Part shown: piece by piece, positions 47,326 through 59,198 of the stretch
Layout of the letters: each line of letters starts with the position of its first letter
How positions within the stretch are numbered: position 1 is the stretch's first letter
From: the human T2T-CHM13v2.0 reference genome, Homo sapiens
Assembly: GCA_009914755.4 (NCBI GenBank)
Contig: CP086569.2
Span: 11,200,001 to 11,264,000 of the forward strand
DNA: 64,000 nt
Direction of reading: 5' to 3'
Program-made: the position numbers and the translations under genes
Notes under the pieces: generated by a model
What the model saw: only the letters and a program-made list of their open reading frames with translations
Told to the model about the DNA's origin: nothing
The model's database searches: none

Positions 47326-47516
47326 AATACCATCCATTTCATTCCATTCCATTCTATTCCACTCCACTCCACTCCAATCAATTCCACTCCACTCTACTCC
47401 ACTCCATTCCAGTCCACTCCACTCCTTTCCATTCCATCCCGTTCCATTCCACTCCTTTCCACTCCACTCCACTGCACTCCATTTCATTTCATTCCATTCC
47501 TCTCCATTCCATTCCA

Positions 47517-47597
47517 TTCCTTTCTTTTGACAGGATCTCTCTTTGTCACCAAGACTGGTGTACAGTTGAACAATCTCAGCTCACATCTCAATTCACC
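47517..47597 (-). repeat. Alu-derived HOR module type B
   Basis: ttttgacaggatctctctttgtcaccaagactggtgtacagttgaacaatctcagctcacatctcaattcacc. Confidence 0.8.
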
Positions 47598-47699
47598 ATT
47601 CCCTTCCATTCCATTATACTGCACTCCACGCCACTCCACTCAATTTCACTCCACGGCACTCCAATCCATTCCATTCCATTCCAATCCCTTTCTTTCCAC

Positions 47700-47780
47700 T
47701 TTTTTCTTTTGACAGTATCTCCCTCTGTCACACTGGCTGCAGCATAGTGGCACTATCTCAGCACACATTTCTTTTCACCA
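47700..47780 (-). repeat. Alu-derived HOR module type C
   Basis: ttttgacagtatctccctctgtcacactggctgcagcatagtggcactatctcagcacacatttcttttcacc. Confidence 0.9.
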
Positions 47781-48060
47781 TTCCATTCCGTCCAATTTCA
47801 TCCCACTCTTTTCCACTCCACTCTACTCCACTACATTCCACTCCACTCCCTTCTACTCCACTCCACTCCATTCCACTCCACTCCATTCCATTCCACTGCA
47901 TTCCCCTCCACTCCCCTCCATTTCACTCCTTTCCAATCCACTCCACTCCACTCCAGGCCATTCCACTCCACTCCACTCCACTCCACTCCATTCCACTCCA
48001 CTCCATTCCACTGCACACCACTCCACTCCACTCCATTCTATTCCACTCCACTCCATTCCA

Positions 48061-48140
48061 TTCCTTTCTTTCCACAGGATCTCACTCTGTCACAAACGCT
48101 GGAGTACAATGGCACAATCTCAGCTCACATTTCTTTTCAC
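48061..48140 (-). repeat. Alu-derived HOR module type D
   Basis: ttccacaggatctcactctgtcacaaacgctggagtacaatggcacaatctcagctcacatttcttttcacc. Confidence 0.9.
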
Positions 48141-48308
48141 CATTCTATTGCATTCCTTTCCATCCCATTCCATTCCACTCTATTTCACTCCATTCCACTC
48201 CATTGCATTCCGCTCCATCCCTTTCCATTCGACTCCCTTCCTCTACCCTCCACTCCACTCCATTGCATTCCATTCGATTCCATTCCATTTCACTTCATTG
48301 CATTCCAT

Positions 48309-48423
48309 TCCTTTCTTTCAACAGGCTATCACTGTGTCACCCAGGCTGGAGTGCACTGGTGCAATCTCAGCTCACATTACATGTCATCTTTCTAATGCAT
48401 TGCATTCTATTCCATTGCATTCC
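48309..48423 (-). repeat. Alu-derived HOR module type E
   Basis: caacaggctatcactgtgtcacccaggctggagtgcactggtgcaatctcagctcacattacatgtcatctttctaatgcattgcattctattccattgcattcc. Confidence 0.85.
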
Positions 48424-48751
48424 ACCGCATTCATTTCCATTCCATTCAAATCCATTCCATTCCAGTCCATTCCACTCAACTCAAATCCACTCCGCTACAT
48501 TCCATTACATCTGATTCCTTTCCTCTCCATTACACTCCTCTCCACTTCCCTGCACTCCACTCCACACCATTCCATTCCATTCCATTCCACTCTATTCAAT
48601 GGCAATCCACTTCACCCCACTCCACTCTACTTTATTCTATTCCATTCCGTCCCATTCTATTCCTCTCCATTCCACTCCTCTGCACTTCACCCCTCTCCAC
48701 TCTTCTCCAGCACATTCCATTCCATTCCATCCCATGACATTCCATTCTATT

Positions 48752-48830
48752 CCTTTCTTTCCAGAGTATCTCACTCTGTCAACCAGCCTGGAGCGCTGCC
48801 GCACAATCTCAGCTCACATTTCATTTCAAC
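48752..48830 (-). repeat. Alu-derived HOR module type A
   Basis: tttccagagtatctcactctgtcaaccagcctggagcgctgccgcacaatctcagctcacatttcatttcaac. Confidence 0.85.
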
Positions 48831-49072
48831 ATTCCATTCTATTCCATTCCACTCCTCTCCAATCCACTCCACTCCACTTCACTCCATTCGATCCCATTCC
48901 ATTCCTCTCCATTCCACTCCAGTCCACTTCACTCCACTCCAATAAAGTCCACTCCATTTCATTCCATACCATTCCATTCCACTGCACTCCATTCCACTCC
49001 ACTCAATTCCTCTCCACTCCACTCCACTCCACTCCAGTCCATTCCAATCCATTCCAATCCCTTCCATTCCAC

Positions 49073-49152
49073 TCCTTTCTTTCGACAGAATCTCCGTCTG
49101 TCACACAGGCTGTAGCATAGTGGCACAATCTCAGCACAAATTTATTTACACC
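49073..49152 (-). repeat. Alu-derived HOR module type C
   Basis: tttcgacagaatctccgtctgtcacacaggctgtagcatagtggcacaatctcagcacaaatttatttacacc. Confidence 0.9.
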
Positions 49153-49624
49153 ATTCCTTTGCATTCCATTGCACTCCATTCTGTTCTGTTCCATTCCGTT
49201 CAATTTCGTTCCACTCCACGCCACTCCACTCCACTCCATTCCACTCCACTACATTCCACTCCACTCCATTCCACTCCACTCCACTCAACTCCATTCCACT
49301 CAACTCCACTTAACTCCACTCCATTCCATTCCACTTCACTCCATTCCAACCCACTCCACTCCACTTTACTCTACTCCTTTCCTCTCCACTGCATTCCACT
49401 CCACTGCACTCCACTCCACTGCATTCCAATCCACTCCACTCCAATCCATTCCACTACAATCCACTCCACTCCACTCTAATGCACTCCATTCCACTCCACT
49501 TCACTTCACTCCATTCCAGTCCACTCCACTTCTTTCCCTTCCATTGCAATCCATTCCACACCTTTCCACTCCATACCACTCCACTTCACTCCATTCCATT
49601 CCATTACACTCCATTCCATTCCAT

Positions 49625-49704
49625 TCCTTTCTTCTCACAGGACCTCACTCTGTCACCCAAGCGGGTGTGCAGTGACACAATCTCAGCTCACATTTCATTT
49701 CACC
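49625..49704 (-). repeat. Alu-derived HOR module type B
   Basis: ttctcacaggacctcactctgtcacccaagcgggtgtgcagtgacacaatctcagctcacatttcatttcacc. Confidence 0.8.
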
Positions 49705-49802
49705 ATTACATTCAATTCCATTCCACTGCACTCCACTCCATTCCATTCATTTCCACTCCATTCCACTCCCATCCATTCCATTCCTATCCCTTCCATTCCA
49801 CT

Positions 49803-49881
49803 CCTTTCTTTTGACAGCATCTCCCACTGTCCCACAGGCTGTTGAGTAGTGGTACAATCTCTGCACACATTTCTTTTCACC
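49803..49881 (-). repeat. Alu-derived HOR module type C
   Basis: ttttgacagcatctcccactgtcccacaggctgttgagtagtggtacaatctctgcacacatttcttttcacc. Confidence 0.8.
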
Positions 49882-50212
49882 ATTCCATTCCATTCCATTC
49901 CATTCTGTTCCCTTCTGTTCCATTTTGTTCCACTCGGTTCCACTCTACTCCACTCCACTCCACTCCATTCCATTCCACGCCATTCCACTCCACTCTACTT
50001 CACTCCATTTCACTCTACTCTATTTCACTCCACTCCACTCCAGTCCGTTCCACTCCACTCTATTACGCTCCATTCCACTCCACTCCAGTCCACTCCACAC
50101 CATTCCACTCCACTCCACTCCATTCCATGCCATTCCACTCCACTCCATTCCACTCCACTCCACTGAACTCCACTTCACTCCATTCCATTCCATTCCACTC
50201 CATTCCATTCCA

Positions 50213-50291
50213 TTACTTTCTTTCCACAGCATCTCACTCTGTCATAAATGCTGGAGTGCAGTGGTACAATCTCATCTCATTTCTTTTCACC
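50213..50291 (-). repeat. Alu-derived HOR module type D
   Basis: ttccacagcatctcactctgtcataaatgctggagtgcagtggtacaatctcatctcatttcttttcacc. Confidence 0.85.
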
Positions 50292-50642
50292 ATTCCATTG
50301 CATTCCATTCCATCCAATTCTATTCCACTCTATTTCACTCCACTCCACTCCATTAGACTCCATTCCATTCCACTCCATCCCATTCCATTCAACTCCATTC
50401 CACTCCTCTCCACTCTGCTGCTCTTGACTCCACGCCGTTCCACTCCATCCCATTCCATTCCGTTCCATTCCACTGCACTCCACTCCACCCCACTCCACTC
50501 CACCTCTTTGCATTCCATCCCATAACATTCCTCTCCATTCCACTCCACTCCACTTAACTCCTCTCCACTCCAGTCCACTCCATTCCATTCCATTCCATTC
50601 TATTCCATTCCATTCCATTCCACTCCATTGCATTCCATTCCA

Positions 50643-50722
50643 TTTTTTTCTTCCGAGAGTATCTCACTCTTTCATCCAGACTGGAGGGCAGTGGCACAAT
50701 CTCAGCTCACATTTCATTGCAT
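50643..50722 (-). repeat. Alu-derived HOR module type A
   Basis: cttccgagagtatctcactctttcatccagactggagggcagtggcacaatctcagctcacatttcattgcatc. Confidence 0.85.
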
Positions 50723-51080
50723 CATTCCTTTCCATTTCATTCCATTCCATTCTATTCCATTTCATTCCACTCCACTGCACTCCATTTCATTCCACTCCAC
50801 TCCACTCCACTCCACTACACTGCATTCCCCTCCACTCCACTCAACTGCGCTCCATTCCACTCCATTCCACTCCATTCCACTCCACTCCATTCCACTCCAC
50901 TCCATTCCACTCCACTCCATTCCATTCCACTCCATTCCACTCCAGTCCACTCCACTCCATTCCACTCCACTCCAATCCAGTCTATTCCTCTCTATTCCAT
51001 TCCACTCCACTCCACAGCACTCCACTCCACTCCGCTGCACTCCACTCCACTCCATTCCATTCCATTCCACTCCATTCCAT

Positions 51081-51160
51081 TACTTTCTTTCCACAGGATC
51101 TCACTCTGTCATAAAAGCTGTATTGCAGTGGCACAATATCAGCTCACGTTTCTTTTCACC
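51081..51160 (-). repeat. Alu-derived HOR module type D
   Basis: ttccacaggatctcactctgtcataaaagctgtattgcagtggcacaatatcagctcacgtttcttttcacc. Confidence 0.85.
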
Positions 51161-51329
51161 ATTCCTTTCCATTCCATTCCATCCCTTTACATTCCACTCT
51201 ATTTCACTCCACTCCACTCGACTCCATTCCATTCCACTTCATCACATTCCATTCGACTGCATTACACTTCACTCCACTGCACTCCACTCCACTCCATTCC
51301 ATTCCATTTCAATCCATTGCATTCCATTG

Positions 51330-51442
51330 CTTTCTTTCAACAGAATATCACTCTGTCACTCAGGAAGGAGTGCAGTGGCACAATCGTAGCTCACATTACA
51401 TTTCAACTTTCCATTTCATTGCTTTCTATTCCATTGCATTCC
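51330..51442 (-). repeat. Alu-derived HOR module type E
   Basis: caacagaatatcactctgtcactcaggaaggagtgcagtggcacaatcgtagctcacattacatttcaactttccatttcattgctttctattccattgcattcc. Confidence 0.8.
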
Positions 51443-51801
51443 ATTCCGTTCCATTCCACTCCATTCCATTTCATTCAATTCCATTCCTTTCCCCTCCGTT
51501 CCACTCCACTCCAATCCACTGGACCACTTCCGATTACATCTTTTTCCATTACACTCAATTCCACTCCTCTCCACTCCACTGCTCTCCACTCCACTCCATT
51601 CCACTCCATTCCATTCCATTCCTCTCCATTCCACTACACTCCACTCTACCCCACTCCACTCCATCTCATTCCATTCCATCCAATAACATTCCTCTCCATT
51701 CCACTCCACTCCACTTCACTTCACTCCACTCCACTCCAGTCCACTCTGTTCCATTCCATTGTATTCCTTTCCATTCCTTTCTACTGCATTCCATTCTATT
51801 A

Positions 51802-51880
51802 CTTTCTTTCGAGAGTGTCTCACTCTTTCAACCAACCTGGATGGCAGTAACACAATCTCAACTCACATTTCGTTGCACCA
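51802..51880 (-). repeat. Alu-derived HOR module type A
   Basis: tttcgagagtgtctcactctttcaaccaacctggatggcagtaacacaatctcaactcacatttcgttgcacc. Confidence 0.85.
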
Positions 51881-52100
51881 TTCCATCCAGTCGATTCCAT
51901 TCCATTCCATTTCACTCCACTCCACTCCGCTCCACTCCAAATAATTCCACTCCACTCCACTCCACTCCATTCCAGTCAACTCCACTCCTTTCCATTCCAT
52001 CCCATTACATTCCACTCCTTTCCACTCAACTCCACTCCATCCAATCCATTCCATTCCATTCCACTCCATTCCATTCCATTCCACTCCATTCCATTCCATT

Positions 52101-52180
52101 CCTTTCTTTTGACAGGATCTCCCTCTGTCACCCAGGCTGTTGTACAGTGGAACAATCTCAGCTCACATTTCATTTCACCA
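52101..52180 (-). repeat. Alu-derived HOR module type B (with C-like ctccctctg / gctgttgtac features)
   Basis: ttttgacaggatctccctctgtcacccaggctgttgtacagtggaacaatctcagctcacatttcatttcacc. Confidence 0.8.
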
Positions 52181-52283
52181 TTCCATTCCATGCTATTACA
52201 CGGCACTCCACTCCACTCAATTCCACTCAACCCCACTACAATCCATTCCATTCCACTCCATTCCAATCCCTTCCATTCCACTC

Positions 52284-52362
52284 CTTTCTTTCGACAGTAT
52301 CTCCCTCTGTCACACAGGCTGTAGCATAGTGGCACTATCTTAGCACACATTTCTTTTCACCA
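52284..52362 (-). repeat. Alu-derived HOR module type C
   Basis: tttcgacagtatctccctctgtcacacaggctgtagcatagtggcactatcttagcacacatttcttttcacc. Confidence 0.9.
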
Positions 52363-52732
52363 TTCCATTCCATTCAATTCCGTTCTGTTCCATTCCGTCC
52401 CTTTCTGTTCCACTCTTTTCCACTACACTGGACTCCACTCCTTTGCACTCCACTCCATGCCACTGCACTCCACTCCATGCCACTGCACTCCACTGCATTC
52501 ATTTCCACTGCTTTCCACTCCAATCCACTCCATTACACTCCACTCCATTCCACTCCACTACCCTCCATTCCACTCCATTCCATTCCACTCCACTCTGCTC
52601 CACTTCAGTCCACTCCACTCCTCTCCACTGCATTCCATTCCACTCCACTCCACTCCACTCCATTCCACTCAACTCTATTCCACTCAACTCCACTCCACTC
52701 TACTCCATTGCATTCCACTCCATTCCATTCCA

Positions 52733-52814
52733 TTCTTTCCTTTCCACAGGATCTCACTCTGTCACAAATGCTGGAATGTGGTGGCACAATCTCAGCTCAA
52801 ATTTCTTTTCACTC
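52733..52814 (-). repeat. Alu-derived HOR module type D
   Basis: ttccacaggatctcactctgtcacaaatgctggaatgtggtggcacaatctcagctcaaatttcttttcac. Confidence 0.9.
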
Positions 52815-52951
52815 TTCTATTACATTCCTTTCCATCCCATTCCATTCCACTCTATTTCACTCCATTCCACTCCCCTCCACTCCACTCTACTCCTCTCCAT
52901 TCCATTGCACTCCATTCGATTCCATTCCATCTCACTCAGTTGCATTCCATT

Positions 52952-53075
52952 CCTTTCTTTCAAAAGGCTATCACTGCGTCACCCAGGCTGGAATGCAGTG
53001 GCACAATCTCAGCTCACATTACATGTCAACTTCCCATTGTATTGTATTCTATTCCATTTTATTCCACTGCATTCC
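52952..53075 (-). repeat. Alu-derived HOR module type E
   Basis: caaaaggctatcactgcgtcacccaggctggaatgcagtggcacaatctcagctcacattacatgtcaacttcccattgtattgtattctattccattttattccactgcattcc. Confidence 0.85.
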
Positions 53076-53373
53076 ATTCCATTCCATTCCACTCCACTCC
53101 ATTCTACTCCACTCCACTCCAGTACATTCCATTACATCCAATTCCGTTCCACTCCTCTACACTCCACTGCACTCCACTCCACTCCATTCCATTCCATCCC
53201 ATTCCATTCTGCTCCATTCAACTACACTCCACTCCACCCCACTCCACTCCTCTTCATTCCATTCCATTCAGTCCCATTCCATTCCTCTCCATTCCACTCC
53301 ACTCCACTTCACCCCACTCCACTCCTCTCCAGTCCATTCCATTCCATTCCATTCCACAGCATTCCATTCCATT

Positions 53374-53450
53374 CCTTTCTTTTGAGTTTCTAACTCTGTC
53401 AACCATCCTGGAGCACTGTTGCACAATCTCAGCTCACATTTCATTTCACC
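53374..53450 (-). repeat. Alu-derived HOR module type A
   Basis: ttttgagtttctaactctgtcaaccatcctggagcactgttgcacaatctcagctcacatttcatttcacc. Confidence 0.85.
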
Positions 53451-53811
53451 ATTCCATTCCATTCCATTCCATTCCATTCCATTCCATTCCATTCCATTCC
53501 ATTCCGTTCCGTTCCGTTCCACTCTGTTCCAATCCACTCCCCTCCACTCCACTACATTCCATTACACACGATTCCATTCCACTCCATTCCACTCCTTTTC
53601 ACTCCACTGCACTCCACTCCACTCCATTCCCTTCGATCCCATTCAATTCCACTCCATTCCACTGCACTCCCTTCCACCCCACTCCACTCCACTTCAATCC
53701 AATCCATTTCAACCCATTCCATTCCTCTCCATTTCACTCCACTTCACTTCATGAATTCCACTGCACTTATGTACACTCCATTCCATTCCATTCCACTGCA
53801 TTCCATTCTAT

Positions 53812-53891
53812 TCCTTTTCCTCGATTTTATCTCACTCTGTCACCCAGACTGGAGTGCAGTGGCACAATCTCACGTCCCATTTCATTTCACA
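53812..53891 (-). repeat. Alu-derived HOR module type A
   Basis: cctcgattttatctcactctgtcacccagactggagtgcagtggcacaatctcacgtcccatttcatttcac. Confidence 0.8.
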
Positions 53892-54088
53892 ATTCCATTC
53901 CATTGCATTGCATTCCATTCCATTCCATTTTACTCCAATACACTCCAATCCACTCCACTCCACTCCATTCCACTGCATTCCAGTCCACTCCATTTCTTTC
54001 CATTCCATCTCATTCCAATCCAATCCTTTCCACTCCACTCCACTCCATTCCACTCCATTCCATTCGATTACACTCCATTCCATTCCAT

Positions 54089-54162
54089 TCTTTTGACAGG
54101 ATCTCACTCTGTCACCCAGGCTGGTGTGCAGTGGCAGAATCTCTGCTCACATTTCTTTTCAC
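54089..54162 (-). repeat. Alu-derived HOR module type B
   Basis: ttttgacaggatctcactctgtcacccaggctggtgtgcagtggcagaatctctgctcacatttcttttcac. Confidence 0.9.
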
Positions 54163-54169
54163 TATTCCA

Positions 54170-54610
54170 TTCCATTCCACTCCATTCCATTCCACGGCAC
54201 TTCAGTCCACTATAATCAATTTTTCTCCACTCCACTCCAGTCCAAACCATTCCATTCCATTTCAATCCATTCCAATCCATTCCGCTCCACTCCGCCCCAC
54301 TCCACTCCACTCCACTCCATTCAACTAAGCTCCTCTCCACTTCCACAGCACAATCTCCAATCTCAGCTCTCATTTCATTTCACTATTCCATTCCATTCCA
54401 TTCCATGGCATTTCACTCCACTATAATCAGTTTTACTCCACTCCACTCCAAAACATTCCATTCCAATCCATTCCATTCCACTCCACTCCACTCCATTCAA
54501 CTATGCTCCTCTCCATTCCACGGCACTTCACTCCACTATAATCAATTTTACTCCACTCCACTCCAAACCATTCCACTCCACTCCACTCCACTTCATTCGT
54601 CTCCACTCCA
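54170..54610. repeat. Local tandem triplication of a ~115-210 bp satellite sub-unit
   Basis: cactataatca(a/g)tttt(t/a)ctccactccactcca(g/a)... recurs at ~54208, ~54420, ~54535; ORF track shows HYNQF peptide three times; one copy carries the truncated module. Confidence 0.7.
54338..54385 (-). repeat. Truncated Alu-derived module (internal ~35-bp deletion)
   Basis: cttccacagcacaatctccaatctcagctctcatttcatttcac: D-like ttccacag joined directly to cacaatctcagc, ctctgtcac...gcagtgg part missing. Confidence 0.7.
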
Positions 54611-54666
54611 CTCCACTCCATTTCACTCTATTCCCCTCCACTCCACTGCTCTCCACTCCATTCCAT

Positions 54667-54747
54667 TCCTTTCTTTCCACAGTATCCCATTCTATCAAAA
54701 AGGCTGGAGTTCAGTGGTACAATCTCAGCTCACATTTATTTTCACCA
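54667..54747 (-). repeat. Alu-derived HOR module type D
   Basis: ttccacagtatcccattctatcaaaaaggctggagttcagtggtacaatctcagctcacatttattttcacc. Confidence 0.85.
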
Positions 54748-54910
54748 TTCAATTTCTTTCCATTCCATCCCATTCCATTCCACTCTATTTCACTCCACTC
54801 CACTAAACTCCATTCCATTCCTCTCCATCCCTTTCCATTCGACTCCACTCCACTCCATTCCACTCAATTCCATTACCTTCAATTCGAATTCACACCATTG
54901 CATTCCATTG

Positions 54911-55023
54911 CTTTCTTTCGACGGGATATCACGGTGTCACCCAGGCTTGTGTGCAGTGGTACAATCTCAGCTCACAATACATGTCAGCTTTCCATTGTAT
55001 TGCATTCTATTCCATTGCATTCC
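54911..55023 (-). repeat. Alu-derived HOR module type E
   Basis: tttcgacgggatatcacggtgtcacccaggcttgtgtgcagtggtacaatctcagctcacaatacatgtcagctttccattgtattgcattctattccattgcattcc. Confidence 0.85.
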
Positions 55024-55346
55024 ATTCCATTCCATTCCATTCCATTCCATTCCATTCCATTCCATTCCATTCCTGTGCATTCCATTCCTGTGCATTCCAT
55101 TCCATTCCTTCTCATTCAGTTCCATTCCTTTCCACTCTGTTCCACTCCACTCCACTCCACTACATTCCATTACATGCAATTTCATTCCACTCCATTCCAC
55201 TCCTCTCCACTCCAAAGCACTCCACTCCACTCTATTCCACTACATCCATTCCATTCCACTCCATTCCACTGCAATCTACTCCACCCCACTCCACTCCACT
55301 TCATTCCATTTCATCCCCTTCCATTGAATTCCCTTTCGTTCCACTG

Positions 55347-55423
55347 CTTTCTTTCGACAGGATCTCTCTGTCACACAGGCTGTAGCATAGTGCCACGATC
55401 TCAACACACATTTCTTTTCACCA
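55347..55423 (-). repeat. Alu-derived HOR module type C
   Basis: tttcgacaggatctctctgtcacacaggctgtagcatagtgccacgatctcaacacacatttcttttcacc. Confidence 0.9.
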
Positions 55424-55874
55424 TTCCATTCCATTCCATTCCATGCCATTCCATTAAATTCCACTCCACTACACTCAACTCCACTACACTCCACTCCACT
55501 CCTCTCCACTCAATACCTTTCCCCTCCATTCAACTCTACTCATTCCACTCCAATCCACTCCATTCCATTCCACTCCACTCCATGCCACTCCACTCCACTC
55601 AACTACACTCCATTGCATTCCACTCCACTCAACTCCATTCCACTCCACTCAACTCCATTTCACTGCACTCCATTGCTATCCACTCCACTCCACTCCAATC
55701 TACTCCATTCCATTCCACTCTGCTCCATTCCACTCCATTCCAATCCATTCCACTCCACTCCATTCCAATCCATTCCATTCCATTCCACTCCACTCCATTC
55801 CACTCCATTCCATTCTGCTCCACTCACCTCCACTAAACTCCTCTCCATTCCATTCCACTCGATTCCATTCCATT

Positions 55875-55954
55875 CCTTTCTTTCCAGAGGATCTCTCTCT
55901 GTCACAATGGCTCGAGTGCAGTGGCACAATCTCAGCTCACATTTATTTTCACCA
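55875..55954 (-). repeat. Alu-derived HOR module type D
   Basis: ttccagaggatctctctctgtcacaatggctcgagtgcagtggcacaatctcagctcacatttattttcacc. Confidence 0.85.
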
Positions 55955-56045
55955 TTCCATTGCATTCCATTCCATCCCATTCCATTACACTCCACTCCAC
56001 TCCATTCCATTCCATTCTATTACATTCCATTTCACTACATTGAAT

Positions 56046-56174
56046 TTCTTTTCTTTCTTTCAACGTGATATAACTGTGTCACCCAGGCTGCTGTGCGGTG
56101 GCACAATCTCCACTCACATTACATGTCAACTTTCCATTACATTGCATTCTTTCCATTGCATTCCATTGCATTCC
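56046..56174 (-). repeat. Alu-derived HOR module type E
   Basis: caacgtgatataactgtgtcacccaggctgctgtgcggtggcacaatctccactcacattacatgtcaactttccattacattgcattctttccattgcattccattgcattcc. Confidence 0.85.
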
Positions 56175-56460
56175 TTTCCATTCCATTCCACTCTGTTCCA
56201 CTCCACTCAACTCCACTCCACTGCTTTCCATTATATATGATTGCATTACACTCTACTCCACTCCTCTCTACTCCACTGCACTTCACTCCAATCCATTAAT
56301 TCCAACCCAATCCCTTCCTCTGCAGTCTCCTCACTCCACTCCACTTAATTCCTTTCCATTCCATCCTATTCCATTCTGCTCAATTCCACTCCACTCCACA
56401 TCACTCCACTCCACTCCATTCCAATCCACTCCATTCCATCCAACTACATTCCAATCCATT

Positions 56461-56540
56461 CCTTTCTTTCGAGAGTATCTCACTCTGTCACACAGCCTGG
56501 AGCGCAATGGCACAATCTCAGCTCACATTTCATTTCACCA
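56461..56540 (-). repeat. Alu-derived HOR module type A
   Basis: tttcgagagtatctcactctgtcacacagcctggagcgcaatggcacaatctcagctcacatttcatttcacc. Confidence 0.9.
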
Positions 56541-56743
56541 TTCCATTCTATTCAAATCGATTTCATTCCATTCCATTCCGCTCCACTCCACTCCACTCCA
56601 TTCCAATCCATTCCATTCAACTCCACTCCATTCCATTCCAGTCCACTCCTCTCCTTTCTATTCCATCCCATTCCATTCCACTCCTTTCCACTCCACTCCA
56701 CTCCAGTCCATTGCATTCCATTCCACTCCATTCCATTCCATGA

Positions 56744-56821
56744 CTTTCTTTTGACAGGATCTCACTCTGTAACCCAGGCTGGTGTGCAGTGGCACAATCT
56801 CAGCTCACATTTCATTTCACC
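56744..56821 (-). repeat. Alu-derived HOR module type B
   Basis: ttttgacaggatctcactctgtaacccaggctggtgtgcagtggcacaatctcagctcacatttcatttcacc. Confidence 0.9.
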
Positions 56822-56934
56822 ATTCCATTGCACTTCATTCCATACCACTGAAATCCACTGCAATCCGCCAATTTCACTCCACTCCACTCCAATCCATTCC
56901 ATTCCATTATACTCTAATCCCTTCTATTACATTC

Positions 56935-57012
56935 CCCTCTTTTGACAGGGTCTCCCTCTGTCACACAGGCTGTAGCGTATTCGCCAAATCTCAGTAAATA
57001 TTTCTTTTCAGC
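56935..57012 (-). repeat. Alu-derived HOR module type C
   Basis: ttttgacagggtctccctctgtcacacaggctgtagcgtattcgccaaatctcagtaaatatttcttttcagc. Confidence 0.85.
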
Positions 57013-57333
57013 ATTGCATTCCAGTCTTTTCTTTTGCATTCTGTTCCATTCCATTCCATTCCGTTCCACAACACTTCACTGCACTCCACTCCTTTCCTTT
57101 CCACTCCACGCCATCCCACTGAACTCCACTCCACTCCACTTCACTCCACTCCATTCCATTCCAATCCATTCCAATCCACTCCACACCACTTCATTCCACT
57201 CCACTCAACTCCACTCAATTCCACTCCACTGCATTCTGCTCCATTCCACTCCACTCCATTCCACTCCACTCCAGTCTACTTCATTCCACTCCACTCCACT
57301 CCATTCCACTCCGTTCCACTCCATTCCATTCCA

Positions 57334-57414
57334 TTTCTTTCTTTTTGTAGGATCTCACTCTGTCGCAAAGCCTGCAGTGTAGTTGCACAAATTCAGCTCA
57401 TATTTCTTTTGACC
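57334..57414 (-). repeat. Alu-derived HOR module type D-like (D')
   Basis: ttttgtaggatctcactctgtcgcaaagcctgcagtgtagttgcacaaattcagctcatatttcttttgacc; same variant as module at 17682. Confidence 0.8.
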
Positions 57415-57615
57415 ATTCCATTGCATTCCATTCCATCCCATTCCATTACACTCTATTTCACTCTACTCGACTCCACTCCACTCCACTCCATTCCATTCCA
57501 CTCCATCCCATTCCTTTAGACTCCATTCCACTCCACTCCATTCCACTCTTCTCCAGTACACTCCAATCCCCTCTATTAAATTCCATTTCAGTCCATTTCA
57601 ATCCATTGATTCCAT

Positions 57616-57730
57616 TCCTTTCTTTTGACAAGATATCACTGTGTCACCCAGGCTGGAGTGCAGTGGCACAATCTCAGCTCACATTACATGTCAACTTTCC
57701 ATTGCATTGCATTCTATTCAATTGCATTCC
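57616..57730 (-). repeat. Alu-derived HOR module type E
   Basis: ttttgacaagatatcactgtgtcacccaggctggagtgcagtggcacaatctcagctcacattacatgtcaactttccattgcattgcattctattcaattgcattcc. Confidence 0.9.
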
Positions 57731-58183
57731 ATGGCATTCCATTCGATTCCATTCCATTCTGTTTCATTCCTTTCTGTTCCATTCCATTCTGTTCCATTCC
57801 ATTCCATTAGATTCCACTCCATTCCACTCCATCCCACTCCACTCCACTTCATTCCATTCCATTCCAACCAATTCCATTCTTCTTCATTCCACTCCACTCC
57901 ACTCCATTCCACTATATTCCTTTCCACTCCACTCCATTCCACTCCACTCCTTTCCACTCCACTACACTCCACTCCATTCCACTCCATTCCACTCCACTCT
58001 TCTCCATTCCACTCCACTCCATTCACCTCCACTCCACTCCATTCCACTCCACTCAAATCCACTCCTCTCCACTCCACTCCACTTCACTCCACTCCACTCC
58101 ATTCCACTCCACTTCTCTCCATTCCACTCCAATCCACTCCACTCCACCCCACTCCATTCCATTCCATTCCACTCCATTCCATT

Positions 58184-58262
58184 CCTTTCTTTCCACAGGA
58201 TCTCACTCTGTGACAAAGGCTGGAGTGCAGTGGCACTATTTCAGCTCACTTTTATTTTTGCC
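58184..58262 (-). repeat. Alu-derived HOR module type D
   Basis: ttccacaggatctcactctgtgacaaaggctggagtgcagtggcactatttcagctcacttttatttttgcc. Confidence 0.85.
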
Positions 58263-58483
58263 ATTGTATTGCATTCCACTGCATCCCATTCCATTCCATT
58301 CTATTTCACTCCACTCCACTCCCCTCCACTCCACTCCACTCCACACCCTTCCATTCCAACGCATAACATTCCATTCGACTCCATTTCACTCTACTCCACT
58401 CCGCTCCTATCATCTCCACTCCATTCCACTCTATTGCTTTCCATTCCATTCCATTTTATTTCACTCCACTGCATTCCATTCGT

Positions 58484-58604
58484 TTCTTTTGACAGGATAT
58501 CAGTGTGTCACCCAGTCTGGAGAGCAGTGGCACAATCTCAGCTCACATTACATGTCAACTTTCCTTTTTATTGCATTCTATTCAATTACATTCCATTGCG
58601 TTCC
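58484..58604 (-). repeat. Alu-derived HOR module type E
   Basis: ttttgacaggatatcagtgtgtcacccagtctggagagcagtggcacaatctcagctcacattacatgtcaactttcctttttattgcattctattcaattacattccattgcgttcc. Confidence 0.85.
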
Positions 58605-59198
58605 ATGCCATTCAATTTTTATTCCATTCCATTAAATTCCATTCCATTCCACTCCGTTCCACACTACTCCACTACATTACATTACATCCGATTCCATTCC
58701 ACTCCATTCCACACCTATCCACTCCACTGCACTCCACGCCAATCCATTCGGCTCTATCCCATTCCATTCCGCTACATTCCACTGCACTCCACTCCACCCA
58801 ACTACATTCAACTTCATTCCATTCAATTCCATCCAATTCCAGTCTTCTCCATTACACTCCACCTCATTCCACACCTCTCCATTCCACTCCACTCGTTTCT
58901 ACTACACTCCATTCCAGTCCACACCATTCCACTCCACTCCACTCCACTCCATTCCACTCCACTCCACTACAATCTACTCCATTCCACTCCCCTCCATTCC
59001 ACTCCACTCCACTAAATTCCCCATTCCACTCCACTCCACTAAATTCCACCCTACTCCATGCCACTCCATTCCACTCCACTCCACTCCCTTCCACTCCACT
59101 CCACTCAATTGCACTCCACTACACTCCATTCCACTCTACTCCACTCCACTCCTCTCCATTACACTCCACTCCACTCCAATCCACTCCATTCCATTCCA

